Shown here piece by piece: positions 35,902-44,418 of a stretch of 64,000 nt of DNA; the first letter of the stretch is position 1, and each line of letters begins with the position of its first letter. Below the pieces are notes generated by a model, which searched no databases, was not told the DNA's origin, and worked only from the letters and a program-made list of their open reading frames with translations. A program made the translations under genes and the position numbers. This stretch comes from Capsulimonadaceae bacterium (lineage in GTDB: Bacteria; Armatimonadota; Armatimonadia; Armatimonadales; Capsulimonadaceae), in assembly GCA_965215505.1 (NCBI GenBank), contig OZ244065.1, forward strand, positions 3,552,001-3,616,000, written 5' to 3'.

Positions 35902-37023
35902 ATGAAAGTCATCGTCGTCGGCATCGGCGGGACCGGCAGCGCGGCGGCGCGCTTCCTGGCGCGGGCAGGCCATGAAGTGGTCGCCTTCGAGCAGTTCGCC
36001 GTCGGGCACGCCCTGGGCAGCTCGCACGGCCAGTCGCGCATCATCCGGTACACCTACCCGGACGAGGTCTACACCCGCATGATGGGCGCGGCTTACCCCC
36101 TGTGGCTGGCCTTGCAGGAGGAGGCGGGCGAAAGCCTGCTGGCGCGCACCGGCGGCGTCTTCTTCGGGGACAAGTCCGGCCCGCTCCTCGCGTCGGCGCG
36201 GGCCGCGCTGGCGGGGAATGGTGTCGCCCACGAGATGCTGGACGCCGCCGAAGCGTCGGGCCGCTTCCCCGCCCTGCGCCTGGCGGGCACCGAGGCCGCC
36301 CTGTATCAGCCGGATATGGGCTACCTGCGCTCCACGGCCTGCGTCTTGGCGAACGTCCGGCTGGCGCGCTCGCTGGGCGCGGACATCCGGGAGCAGACCG
36401 CCGTTTCCGCCGTGACCCAGCGCGGCGACAAAGCCGTCGTCACGGCAGGGGACGGGGAGCAGCATGAGGCCGACCGGGTCATCGTCACGGCAGGCCCGTG
36501 GATGGGCCGGCTATTTTCCTCCCTCAACCTGCCCCTGCGCGTCACCCGCCAGCAGGTCGTCTACCTGGAGCCTGAGCCGGAAAAGGCGCGGGACTTCGAG
36601 GCGGACCGCCTGCCGGTCTGGATAGACGCCGACGCCAACCTGTACGGCTTCCCCGCAGACGGCCACATCGCGGGCGTCAAGCTGGCTTCGCACGACCTGG
36701 GCGAACCCGCAGACCCCGACGCCGCCCGCCGCCCGCCGGACGAGGCTTATGCGGCCCAGATGGCGGGCTACGCCGCCGCCCGGTTTGTCGGCCTGACCGG
36801 GAGGGTGACACACGCCCAGACCTGCCTCTACACCAGCACCCCCAATGAGGACTTCATCCTGGACGCCGCCCCCGACATGCCCCACGTCTGGCTCGTCAGC
36901 GGCTGCTCCGGTCACGGCTTCAAGTTCACCGTCCTGCTCGGCAGGCTCGCCGCCGAGGCCGCGACATCAGGCGTGACGCCGCCCTACCTCTCCCGCTTCG
37001 CCCTGGCCCGCTTCCTGCCTTGA
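35902..37023 (+). CDS. solA: N-methyltryptophan oxidase/monomeric sarcosine oxidase family
   Basis: GIGGTG, GSSHGQSRIIR, CLYTSTPNEDF, SGHGFKF. Confidence 0.88.
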   Translation: MKVIVVGIGGTGSAAARFLARAGHEVVAFEQFAVGHALGSSHGQSRIIRYTYPDEVYTRMMGAAYPLWLALQEEAGESLLARTGGVFFGDKSGPLLASARAALAGNGVAHEMLDAAEASGRFPALRLAGTEAALYQPDMGYLRSTACVLANVRLARSLGADIREQTAVSAVTQRGDKAVVTAGDGEQHEADRVIVTAGPWMGRLFSSLNLPLRVTRQQVVYLEPEPEKARDFEADRLPVWIDADANLYGFPADGHIAGVKLASHDLGEPADPDAARRPPDEAYAAQMAGYAAARFVGLTGRVTHAQTCLYTSTPNEDFILDAAPDMPHVWLVSGCSGHGFKFTVLLGRLAAEAATSGVTPPYLSRFALARFLP

Positions 37024-37031
37024 CCCGGCAC

Positions 37032-37061
37032 TTGACTTAGGCCGCCGCCGGGGGCTATACT
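37032..37061 (+). promoter_or_regulatory. tRNA promoter TTGACT-18-TATACT
   Basis: Consensus hexamers 15 nt upstream of the tRNA 5' end. Confidence 0.75.
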
Positions 37062-37076
37062 TCCTTGGCGATTCAC

Positions 37077-37412
37077 GCCTAGGTGGTGGAATGGCAGACA
37101 CAGGGGACTTAGAGAATTGGGTCGCGGTCGGGGAAACCCGGCCGTAGCAGCTCCCTAATTCGGGGAACTCTAAACCCTGCACCGAGCAGGGCAAGACAAT
37201 CCCGAGCTAGGCGCACTGGTCATCCCAGCGCGCCGAGTGTAGAGACTGTACAGGAGCTATCTAAACCGCCAGGTTGTTGTCCCGGCGGCAGGATAAAGAG
37301 ACAGTCCAGACCACAAACGGCCTTTCCATGGAGAGGCAGGCCGCGAAAGCGGTAGCGGTAAGTAAAATCCCCCGAGGGCGACCTCATAAGGGTTCGAGTC
37401 CCTTCCTTGGCA
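37077..37412 (+). tRNA. tRNA-Leu(UAA), intron-containing; exons 37077-37109 and 37363-37412
   Basis: D-arm GTGGAATGGCAGACAC, anticodon arm GGGGA-CT^TAAAA-TCCCC, long variable arm GAGG-GCGA-CCTC, T-arm AAGGG-TTCGAGT-CCCTT; no encoded CCA. Confidence 0.92.
37110..37362 (+). ncRNA. Group I self-splicing intron (253 nt, IC3-like, no ORF)
   Basis: P1 GACT/GGTC with U.G wobble; P3 AGCTCC/GGAGCT; AATTCGGGGAA and AATCCCGAGC (P4); P7 GACTGT/ACAGTC; terminal G. Confidence 0.92.
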
Positions 37413-37476
37413 TTGGTTGATGGGACGCGGCGGCCTCTACGGACGGCTGACGAGAGGCCGAAGGACGAGCCGGAAA

Positions 37477-37613
37477 GACGAGTGATTGAAATCACTCGCT
37501 TCGGCAGGATTTGTCCAGGGGACAACCGGACGGGAGGATGCCGAACATGCTCCCCTTCCCTCTTCTGTCCCCTGGACAGGTCCGGCGGCAGCGAGTGATT
37601 TCAATCACTCGTC
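37477..37613. repeat. Palindromic element, copy 5
   Basis: Same conserved arms. Confidence 0.9.
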
Positions 37614-37692
37614 TTTCCGGCTCGTCCTAACCCGGCCTCACTCATTCCCGAGCGTCAGGCACAAACCGCGCCCGTCCGGTGTTAGTAAAGAC

Positions 37693-38013
37693 ATGAGCGG
37701 TACGTTCCATTGTCCCCTCTGCGAGCGCGAGGGGGCATTTCTTATGCCCTCCAAACATCACCTCGTCCCCAAATCGAAGGACGGGCGCGTCACGGTGGAG
37801 ATTTGCGCGGACTGCCACCGGCAGATCCACGCCCTGTTCACGCTGCAAGAGCTGGAGCGCGAACACAACACCATTGAGGCCCTGCGAGCGACCGAGCCGA
37901 TGCGGCGCTGGATCAAGTGGGCGGGCAAACAGGGCGGGGGCCGCGTCGCGGTCCGGGCCAGCCACGCGAAGAAGAATTGGCACCAGAAGGATAAAGTTTA
38001 TGGCGCAATATGA
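37693..38013 (+). CDS. Small HNH-like protein (YisB-type)
   Basis: CPLCER..HHLVPKSKDG..ICADCHRQIHALF. Confidence 0.8.
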   Translation: MSGTFHCPLCEREGAFLMPSKHHLVPKSKDGRVTVEICADCHRQIHALFTLQELEREHNTIEALRATEPMRRWIKWAGKQGGGRVAVRASHAKKNWHQKDKVYGAI

Positions 38014-39511
38014 CGTAGACCTCATGGTCATCGGCGGCGGGCCGGGCGGATACCCCGCCGCCATCCACGCGGCCAAGATGGGCGCGAAAGTGGCCTGCAT
38101 TGACTTCGACAATGCCGGCGGGACCTGCCTCAACTGGGGCTGCATCCCGACAAAGACGATGATCGGGTCGGTCGCCGCGTTGGAGACGGCCCGGCACGCC
38201 GCCGACTTCGGCCTGACCATCACGGGCGAGGTCGGCTTCGACTTCGGGGCGGTCATGGCCCGCAAGGACAAGATCGTCAAGACCCTGGTGGGCGGCGTCG
38301 AGTTCCTGTTCAAGAAGAGCGGCGTCCGGTTCATCAAGGGCAAGGGGCGCTTGATTGACCCGCACACGGTCGAGGTGACTTTAGAGGACGGCAAGACCGA
38401 GACGGTCACTGCCGCCAACATCATTATCGCCACCGGCAGCGTCCCCTCCCGCGTCCCCATCCAGGGCCTGGACGGCGGCGGGGCCGACTCGGACGTCTTC
38501 ATTGACAACCGCGAGGCGAAGAAGCGCCGGGCGGCGGGCACGCTGGGCACGACCGCTTTGTGGACCTCGAACGAGGCCGTGTCGGCGGGCGAAGTCCCCA
38601 AGCGGCTGGCCGTCATCGGCGGCGGCGTCATCGGCTGCGAGTTCGCCTACACTTACCGGGGCTTGGGGGCCGAAGTCACCGTGGTCGAGTTCCGGCCCAA
38701 CATCCTGCACGGCCCTCGGGACGCCCCCGCGTTCGACACCGAGATTTCGGGCGAATTGCAGAAGCTCATGGTCAAGGCGGGCGTCAAGTTCCTCCTCAGC
38801 ACTAAGGTGGTGGCCGTGGACGTGCCGGGCCGCAAGCTGAAATATGTCAGCGAGAAGGGCGACGGGGAACTAGAGTTCGACAAGCTGCTGGTCGCCGTGG
38901 GCCGCAAGGCCTTCGTGGACGGCGTCGGCCTTGAAGCCGCAGGCGTCCAGTTCGATGGCCGCGCCGTCGCCACCGACGACTTCATGCGGACCAATGTCCC
39001 GCACATCTACGCCATCGGCGACGTGGCCGCCCATGAGCAGCCCTTCCACGGGACCTACGGCGGCGGCCTGGCCCACGTCGCCACCCGCGAGGGCGAGGTG
39101 GCGGCCGAGAACGCCTTGGGCCATCAGACCAAGATGGACTGGCGCGCGATCCCGAACTGCGTCTACACCGAACCCGAGGTGGCCTGCACCGGCCTGACCG
39201 AGCAGCAGGCGCGCGAAGCGGGCTACGATGTCAAGGTCGGCAAGTTCACCTTCAAGTCGCTCGGCAAGGCCATGGCGATCAACGAGAACGTCGGCCTGGT
39301 CAAGATCGTCACCGACGGCAAGTACGGCGAGATTCTGGGCGTCCACATCGTCGGCCCCCACGCCACCGACCTGATCCACGAGGCCTGCGTCTCGATCAAA
39401 TTAGAGTCCACCATTGAGGAGCTGATGCACACCATCCACGCCCACCCAACCTTGTCCGAGGCCATCATGGAAGCCGCCCAGGACGTCAAGGGCGAGAGCG
39501 TCCACAAGTAG
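38000..39511 (+). CDS. lpdA: Dihydrolipoamide dehydrogenase
   Basis: GGGPGGY, GGTCLNWGCIPTK, HAHPTLSE. Confidence 0.95.
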   Translation: MAQYDVDLMVIGGGPGGYPAAIHAAKMGAKVACIDFDNAGGTCLNWGCIPTKTMIGSVAALETARHAADFGLTITGEVGFDFGAVMARKDKIVKTLVGGVEFLFKKSGVRFIKGKGRLIDPHTVEVTLEDGKTETVTAANIIIATGSVPSRVPIQGLDGGGADSDVFIDNREAKKRRAAGTLGTTALWTSNEAVSAGEVPKRLAVIGGGVIGCEFAYTYRGLGAEVTVVEFRPNILHGPRDAPAFDTEISGELQKLMVKAGVKFLLSTKVVAVDVPGRKLKYVSEKGDGELEFDKLLVAVGRKAFVDGVGLEAAGVQFDGRAVATDDFMRTNVPHIYAIGDVAAHEQPFHGTYGGGLAHVATREGEVAAENALGHQTKMDWRAIPNCVYTEPEVACTGLTEQQAREAGYDVKVGKFTFKSLGKAMAINENVGLVKIVTDGKYGEILGVHIVGPHATDLIHEACVSIKLESTIEELMHTIHAHPTLSEAIMEAAQDVKGESVHK

Positions 39512-39520
39512 GGGCGGCCC

Positions 39521-39643
39521 GCCGGGGCTGTGGAAAGCCCCGGCAGGGGATGTCCTTCGGACCGGGGATTCAGGATTTCTCCTTCGGCCCCCTCCCTCTT
39601 CGCCCGAAGGGCGGCACACTGCCGGGGCTTTCCACAGCCCCGG
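39521..39643. repeat. Inverted pair of GCCGGGGCTGTGGAAAGCCCCGGC hairpins
   Basis: Direct read. Confidence 0.8.
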
Positions 39644-39716
39644 CACCTATGGCAAAGCAGCCCTCGTACCGCCCGGTGCGGGGGCTGTCGTCTTTTCACC
39701 CCCCAAGGAGAACGTC

Positions 39717-40922
39717 ATGCGGGTCACGGAGTTACACATCCAGGGCTACCGGACCTTGAAAGATGTTCGCTGGCAGCCGGGCGCGCTGAACATCGTCATC
39801 GGCCCGAACGCCAGTGGCAAATCCAACCTGCTGAAGTTCCTGCGGCTCATCAGCGCCTCTGCGCGGGCGGGCCTTAATGATTTGGTGCTGCGTGAGGGCG
39901 GCATGGGGGCTATCCTGTGGGGCGGTAAAGGCGAAGAGATTTCCTTTGCCTTGCTTGTTGGTGAGCCAGAGTTGACGCAGGCGGAGGACTTTCAATATGG
40001 TTCTTCGCTGAGACGCCTTGGGGCCAGTGCTGGTTTCGTAGTGGACATGGAGGCTTTGGTTAGCTTATATAGCCGAGGAGAGAACTTTGAGGAAGGGTCT
40101 GAGTATATGCTACGGACACAAACCGAGGCAAACTACCATGACCCCAATGGTACTTTTATTCTTGACCCGCGGGAGTTGAATGCTTCGGAAACATTGTTGG
40201 GACAAATCAGTGGGCTAACCCCGCAGTCGCCGGAGATCAAAAGCTTCCGGCAGTTCCTTAGCGGCTGGTCCATCTACGACGACATCCACACCGAGAGCGG
40301 GACGGCCATCCGCCGCGCCGTCACCTCCCGCTTCGACGAGCGCCTGGATGCGGACGGGCAGAACCTCGCGTCCGTCCTGCACACCCACTACACCAACGAC
40401 ATGGACTTCAAAGACCGCGTGGACGAGGCGATGCGGGCCGCCTTCGGCGAGGACTACCGGGGCCTGGCCTTCCCACCCGCCGCCGACCAGCAGATTCAAC
40501 TCGCGGTCCAGTGGAACACCCCCAAGCGCCCGCAGTCGGCGGCCAGCCTGTCCGACGGCACGTTGCGGTTTCTGTGCCTGCTGGCCGTGCTCGCCCAGCC
40601 GAACCCGCCCGGCCTGATCGCCTTCGATGAGCCGGAGACGGGCCTGCACCCCCGGATGATGCGGATCGTGGCGGAGCTAGCGGAGGATGCCGCACTGCGA
40701 ACGCAGGTGATTTTCACCACCCACTCCGCCGCCTTCCTGGACGGGTTCAGCAAGGAGACGCCCCCGACGACGACCGTGGTAGCCCTGGCGGACGGCCAGA
40801 GTGCGCTAAAAACGGTCCAGGCGGAGGAACTGGCCGGGTGGCTCGAAGACTACTCGCTGGGGTCGCTCTACCAGAGTCGGACACTGGAGAACCTGTCGGA
40901 AGCCGGGGCCGCCCGCCCATGA
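39717..40922 (+). CDS. ABC-type AAA ATPase (AAA_21-like)
   Basis: GPNASGKSN, LSDGTLRF, FDEPETGLHP, FTTHS. Confidence 0.9.
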   Translation: MRVTELHIQGYRTLKDVRWQPGALNIVIGPNASGKSNLLKFLRLISASARAGLNDLVLREGGMGAILWGGKGEEISFALLVGEPELTQAEDFQYGSSLRRLGASAGFVVDMEALVSLYSRGENFEEGSEYMLRTQTEANYHDPNGTFILDPRELNASETLLGQISGLTPQSPEIKSFRQFLSGWSIYDDIHTESGTAIRRAVTSRFDERLDADGQNLASVLHTHYTNDMDFKDRVDEAMRAAFGEDYRGLAFPPAADQQIQLAVQWNTPKRPQSAASLSDGTLRFLCLLAVLAQPNPPGLIAFDEPETGLHPRMMRIVAELAEDAALRTQVIFTTHSAAFLDGFSKETPPTTTVVALADGQSALKTVQAEELAGWLEDYSLGSLYQSRTLENLSEAGAARP

Positions 40923-41647
40923 AGTTCATCCTGCTCCTGGAAGGGGCCACCGAGGAGAAGGGAGTACCCGGCTTCCTCAACCGGTGGCTGAACCAGTTCT
41001 TCGCCGTGGGCGTCGGCGTTCAGCCCGACACGTTTGAGGGTTGGCCGGACCTCCACGACAGCGCCCCCAAGAAGGCGGCGCGCTTTCTCACCGACGCCCG
41101 CTCCCCCGACGTCATCGCCGTCGTCTCGCTCCTGGACCTATACGGCCCGACGTTCTATCCCGCCGACACAGTGACGGTGAGCGAGCGATACGCCTGGGGC
41201 ACTGAGTACATGGAAGGCCGCGTCCGGCAATACTTCCACGGCAAGGGGCTTTCGGACGATCTCGCGGCGAAGTACCGGCACTTCTTCGCCGTCCACGAGA
41301 CAGAAGCGTGGTTTCTGGCACAGCCTTCCCTGTTCCCCGACGAAATCCGCCAGTTCCTGGAGAAGCAGCCAAAGGCACCGGAGGCCGTCAACTTCCAAAC
41401 GCCCCCCGGCAAGATGCTCCAACAGCAGTACCTACAAAAGCTAAAGGTGCGCTACCCCAAGACCACAAAGGCCCGAAACTTCTTCCCGCGCCTTGACACG
41501 GAAATGGTCGTGAGCCGCTGCCCCTATCTGAAGGCGATGCTCCACGAACTCAGACAGATGGCCCTGGACGCCGGGGTGCCGCCCAAAGGCGATTGGCATT
41601 CAGTGGCAGCGATGGAAGCCGCCCAGGACGAGAGCATCCGCAGGTAG
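40919..41647 (+). CDS. DUF4276-like (TOPRIM-fold) protein
   Basis: LLLEGATEE, LLDLYG, HETEAWFLA; ATGA overlap with the ATPase. Confidence 0.75.
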   Translation: MKFILLLEGATEEKGVPGFLNRWLNQFFAVGVGVQPDTFEGWPDLHDSAPKKAARFLTDARSPDVIAVVSLLDLYGPTFYPADTVTVSERYAWGTEYMEGRVRQYFHGKGLSDDLAAKYRHFFAVHETEAWFLAQPSLFPDEIRQFLEKQPKAPEAVNFQTPPGKMLQQQYLQKLKVRYPKTTKARNFFPRLDTEMVVSRCPYLKAMLHELRQMALDAGVPPKGDWHSVAAMEAAQDESIRR

Positions 41648-41782
41648 GGGCGGACCCCCGTGTCCGCCCTTTCTAGGGCGGGTCCCCCGGCGACAATGAG
41701 ACAGCCCCCGCGCCATCGGCGCGGGGGCCGTCGTCTTTCTCCATGGCCGTCCAGGTCCCGTCGCACGCATCGTCTGCGGCCA

Positions 41783-42226
41783 TCAACCCATGCGCTTTGC
41801 TCGCGTGAGTAGGAACCCCTCGACGGCTTTCCCTTTCCGGCGCTGCGCTTCCTTCCAGACGGCGCGGGCGTTGCGGTAGCGGGCTTCCAGCTCGTCCAGC
41901 GTCGCCGGCAGCACAGGCGGCAGGGGAAACGCGCCGACCCCGGCGGGATCAGCCGCTTCATTCTGATCCTCGGAACGCGGCCAGATCGCCTCCAGGAGCA
42001 GGGACAGCTCCGCGCGGACTTGGCGCAGCGCCAGAGCGGCATTCATCTCCCGCTCGGTCGCCTGTAGAAGACGGCCTGCCGCCTGACTGCACCGCTCTGC
42101 ACTGTACTTCCCTGCCATGCCGCCCGCGAATATGCTTGCAGCCGGCCTGTCCCTCTTTTCGGCCAAAGAGCCGTTCTCACCCGGAGCGCCTCCCCAAAGC
42201 AGTCCGGGGTTCATTCGCAAGGCCAT
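41783..42226 (-). CDS. Hypothetical helical protein
   Basis: GAGGAG RBS before ATG 42226; alternative start 42118. Confidence 0.5.
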   Translation of the reverse strand: MALRMNPGLLWGGAPGENGSLAEKRDRPAASIFAGGMAGKYSAERCSQAAGRLLQATEREMNAALALRQVRAELSLLLEAIWPRSEDQNEAADPAGVGAFPLPPVLPATLDELEARYRNARAVWKEAQRRKGKAVEGFLLTRAKRMG

Positions 42227-42311
42227 AGATCTCCTCTTCCATGTGTCCGGGGGCGGGGACGACTTCATCCGTCCTCTGGGAACTCCCGGCAGTGCCGGAA
42301 ACTCAGCACGG

Positions 42312-44030
42312 CTAGTGTCCAGGCCGGATGCGGACCGCCGGTGCCGACCGAGTTCTGCGGTGGACCAGCAGCAGGGCCACGGGGACGGAGACGGCGGAGA
42401 CGGCCGCCAGCAGCAGGAAAGCGTCGTCATAAGCCAGCGTCGCGGCCTGCCGCTGCACCAGACGGTCGAGGACGGCGACCGCGGCGGCATGCGCGCCCGC
42501 CGGGCTGAGGCCGGCGGCCAGGAAGCGGGCCGCGGTCCCGGACACGCGGGCGTCCAGGATCGGGTTGCCGGCGTACAGGTGCAGGACCAGGGCCGCGCGG
42601 TGCCGGGCGGCCTGGCCGGTGACGTAGGTGTTGACGAGGGCGATGCCGAACGAGCCGCCGAGCTGCCGGAACAGGTTGGTCAGCCCCGCCCCCTGCGCGA
42701 TCTCCGCCCCGCGCAGCGGCGACAGCGCGGCCACCGTCACCGGGGTCAGCAACAGCCCCAGGCCCGCCCCCCGCAGGATCAGGCCCGCCTGCACGTCGCC
42801 CGCCCCGCTCTGCGGAGTCAGGTGCCCGAGCAGCGACTGCGAGAGCGCGAACAGGCCGAACCCCGCCGCGATCAGGGCCGGCGGCTTCACCAGCGGGCGG
42901 GCGCCGTTGAGCAGCAGCCCGCACGCCACCGTGCCGAGGATGGTGGCGACGCCGGCCGGCAGGAACAGCAGCCCGGTCTCGGTCGGCGAGAAGCCCAGGA
43001 CGCCCTGGACGAACAGCGGCAGGATGAAGACGCCCCCGTAGATGCCGACGCCGCTGACCATCAGCAGGAGCGACCCCACCGCCAGGTCGCGGTGTCTCAG
43101 GACGCGCAGGCTGACGACCGCCCGCGTGTTGGCGGGCGAGAGCTCCCAGGCGACGAAGGCCGCGAGCGTCCCGGCGGCGAGGACGGCCAGGCGGGTGATC
43201 GCGGGGTCGTCGAACCAGTCGTAGCGCTCCCCCTCCTCCAGGACGTATTGCAGCGACCCCAGCCCGACGGCCAGCAGCCCGATCCCCTGCCAGTCCAGCC
43301 CGCGCGGCTTCTCCCGGATCTGCGAGTCCGCCAGGAAGCGCCAGATCAGGGCGGCCGCGCCCAGCCCGAGGGGCGACTTCGCCAGGAAGATCCACTGCCA
43401 CGAGTAGTTGTCCGTGACCCAGCCGCCGAACGCCGGGCCGAGCGTCGGCCCTGCGACGACCACGACGATGAAGAGCGCCTGGATCAAGCCCTGCTGCTCC
43501 TTCGGGAAGACTTCGCTCAGGCTGGCCTGGGCCGTCGAGAGCAGGGCCGCCCCGCCCGCCCCCTGCACGATGCGCCAGAAGACCAGCGCACCGAGGGTGC
43601 CGGACAGGCCGCACAGGATCGAGGCGAACGTGAACAGCAGGATGGAGGCGGTGAGATAGCGCCGCCGGCCGAAGACCGATGCCAGCCAGGCGGTCATGGG
43701 CAGGATGACGACATTGGAAAGGATGTATCCCGTGGAGATCCAGGCGACCTCGTCCGAAGTCGCGCCGAGGTTCCCCTGGATCTGGCGCAGGGCGACGTTG
43801 ACGCTGGTGGTGTCGAGCAGTTCCAGGAAGGCGCCCGTCAGGACGGCCACCAGGATGATCCACCGGTGCGGGTTCAAGCCCCCCGTGGCAGGCGGCGCAG
43901 GCGGAAGGGGCCGGGCCGGCGCCGACCGGACGCGCTGCGGGCGTTCGACGCCCCGGCGTTCCCGCGCGTGATCGGCGGGCGAGGTGGTTGTTGAGGGCAC
44001 AAGCGTGGCCTTGTCCGGGCGGACTAGCAT
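42312..44030 (-). CDS. DHA2 (EmrB/QacA) MFS efflux transporter
   Basis: LDTTSVNVAL, WISTGY, GPTLGPAFGG, many TM segments. Confidence 0.92.
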   Translation of the reverse strand: MLVRPDKATLVPSTTTSPADHARERRGVERPQRVRSAPARPLPPAPPATGGLNPHRWIILVAVLTGAFLELLDTTSVNVALRQIQGNLGATSDEVAWISTGYILSNVVILPMTAWLASVFGRRRYLTASILLFTFASILCGLSGTLGALVFWRIVQGAGGAALLSTAQASLSEVFPKEQQGLIQALFIVVVVAGPTLGPAFGGWVTDNYSWQWIFLAKSPLGLGAAALIWRFLADSQIREKPRGLDWQGIGLLAVGLGSLQYVLEEGERYDWFDDPAITRLAVLAAGTLAAFVAWELSPANTRAVVSLRVLRHRDLAVGSLLLMVSGVGIYGGVFILPLFVQGVLGFSPTETGLLFLPAGVATILGTVACGLLLNGARPLVKPPALIAAGFGLFALSQSLLGHLTPQSGAGDVQAGLILRGAGLGLLLTPVTVAALSPLRGAEIAQGAGLTNLFRQLGGSFGIALVNTYVTGQAARHRAALVLHLYAGNPILDARVSGTAARFLAAGLSPAGAHAAAVAVLDRLVQRQAATLAYDDAFLLLAAVSAVSVPVALLLVHRRTRSAPAVRIRPGH

Positions 44031-44344
44031 GATCGTTCCCCCATCGGTGCCGCGCTGCGGTCCGCGTGCGCGGAGACATCCGCGCGGGCGAGAACGCGGG
44101 CGCTGAAGGCGGCGTGCAGGTTCCCGAAGAGCCAGGCGAGCGTGCTGCGCGACCGCAGAGACTCGGGGGTGCGCCGCCGCCGGAACTGATCGTAAGACCG
44201 CGAGGCGCGGACGTAGGCCGCCACGACCAGGTCGGCGGCGGCCTCCGGGCTGCCCGTCAGGCAGAAGGCGTCCGAGTAGACCGCGTCCACGAAGGGAAAG
44301 GTTTCTGCGCGGAAGGCCGCGCCCGAGGTGTTCTTTGGTTCCAT
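44024..44344 (-). CDS. ECF sigma region-2-only protein or truncated sigma factor
   Basis: VYSDAFCLTGSPEAAADLV..AYVRA..YDQF...AWLF; no region 4. Confidence 0.55.
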   Translation of the reverse strand: MEPKNTSGAAFRAETFPFVDAVYSDAFCLTGSPEAAADLVVAAYVRASRSYDQFRRRRTPESLRSRSTLAWLFGNLHAAFSARVLARADVSAHADRSAAPMGERSC

Positions 44345-44418
44345 GGGCCGCCTGCCTTCTGCCGCTGCGGGCCAGCCTCCCCCCATAAATGGAGGGAAAG
44401 GCCGGCCCTGGACACCGA

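Noticed and set aside
37110-37363. Intron placement at the cyanobacterial 34/35 site
   Set aside because: The intron would then end in U; group I introns end in G, which fixes the junction at 33/34.
37060-37411. 10-bp direct repeat CTTCCTTGGC before and at the end of the tRNA as an att site
   Set aside because: Too short, lies in the tRNA's own leader, encloses only the tRNA, and no integrase is nearby.
13748-37613. ORFs starting MKSLA.. or MISITR.. at the palindromic elements
   Set aside because: They are translations of the repeat itself in several frames, with no RBS or coding signal.
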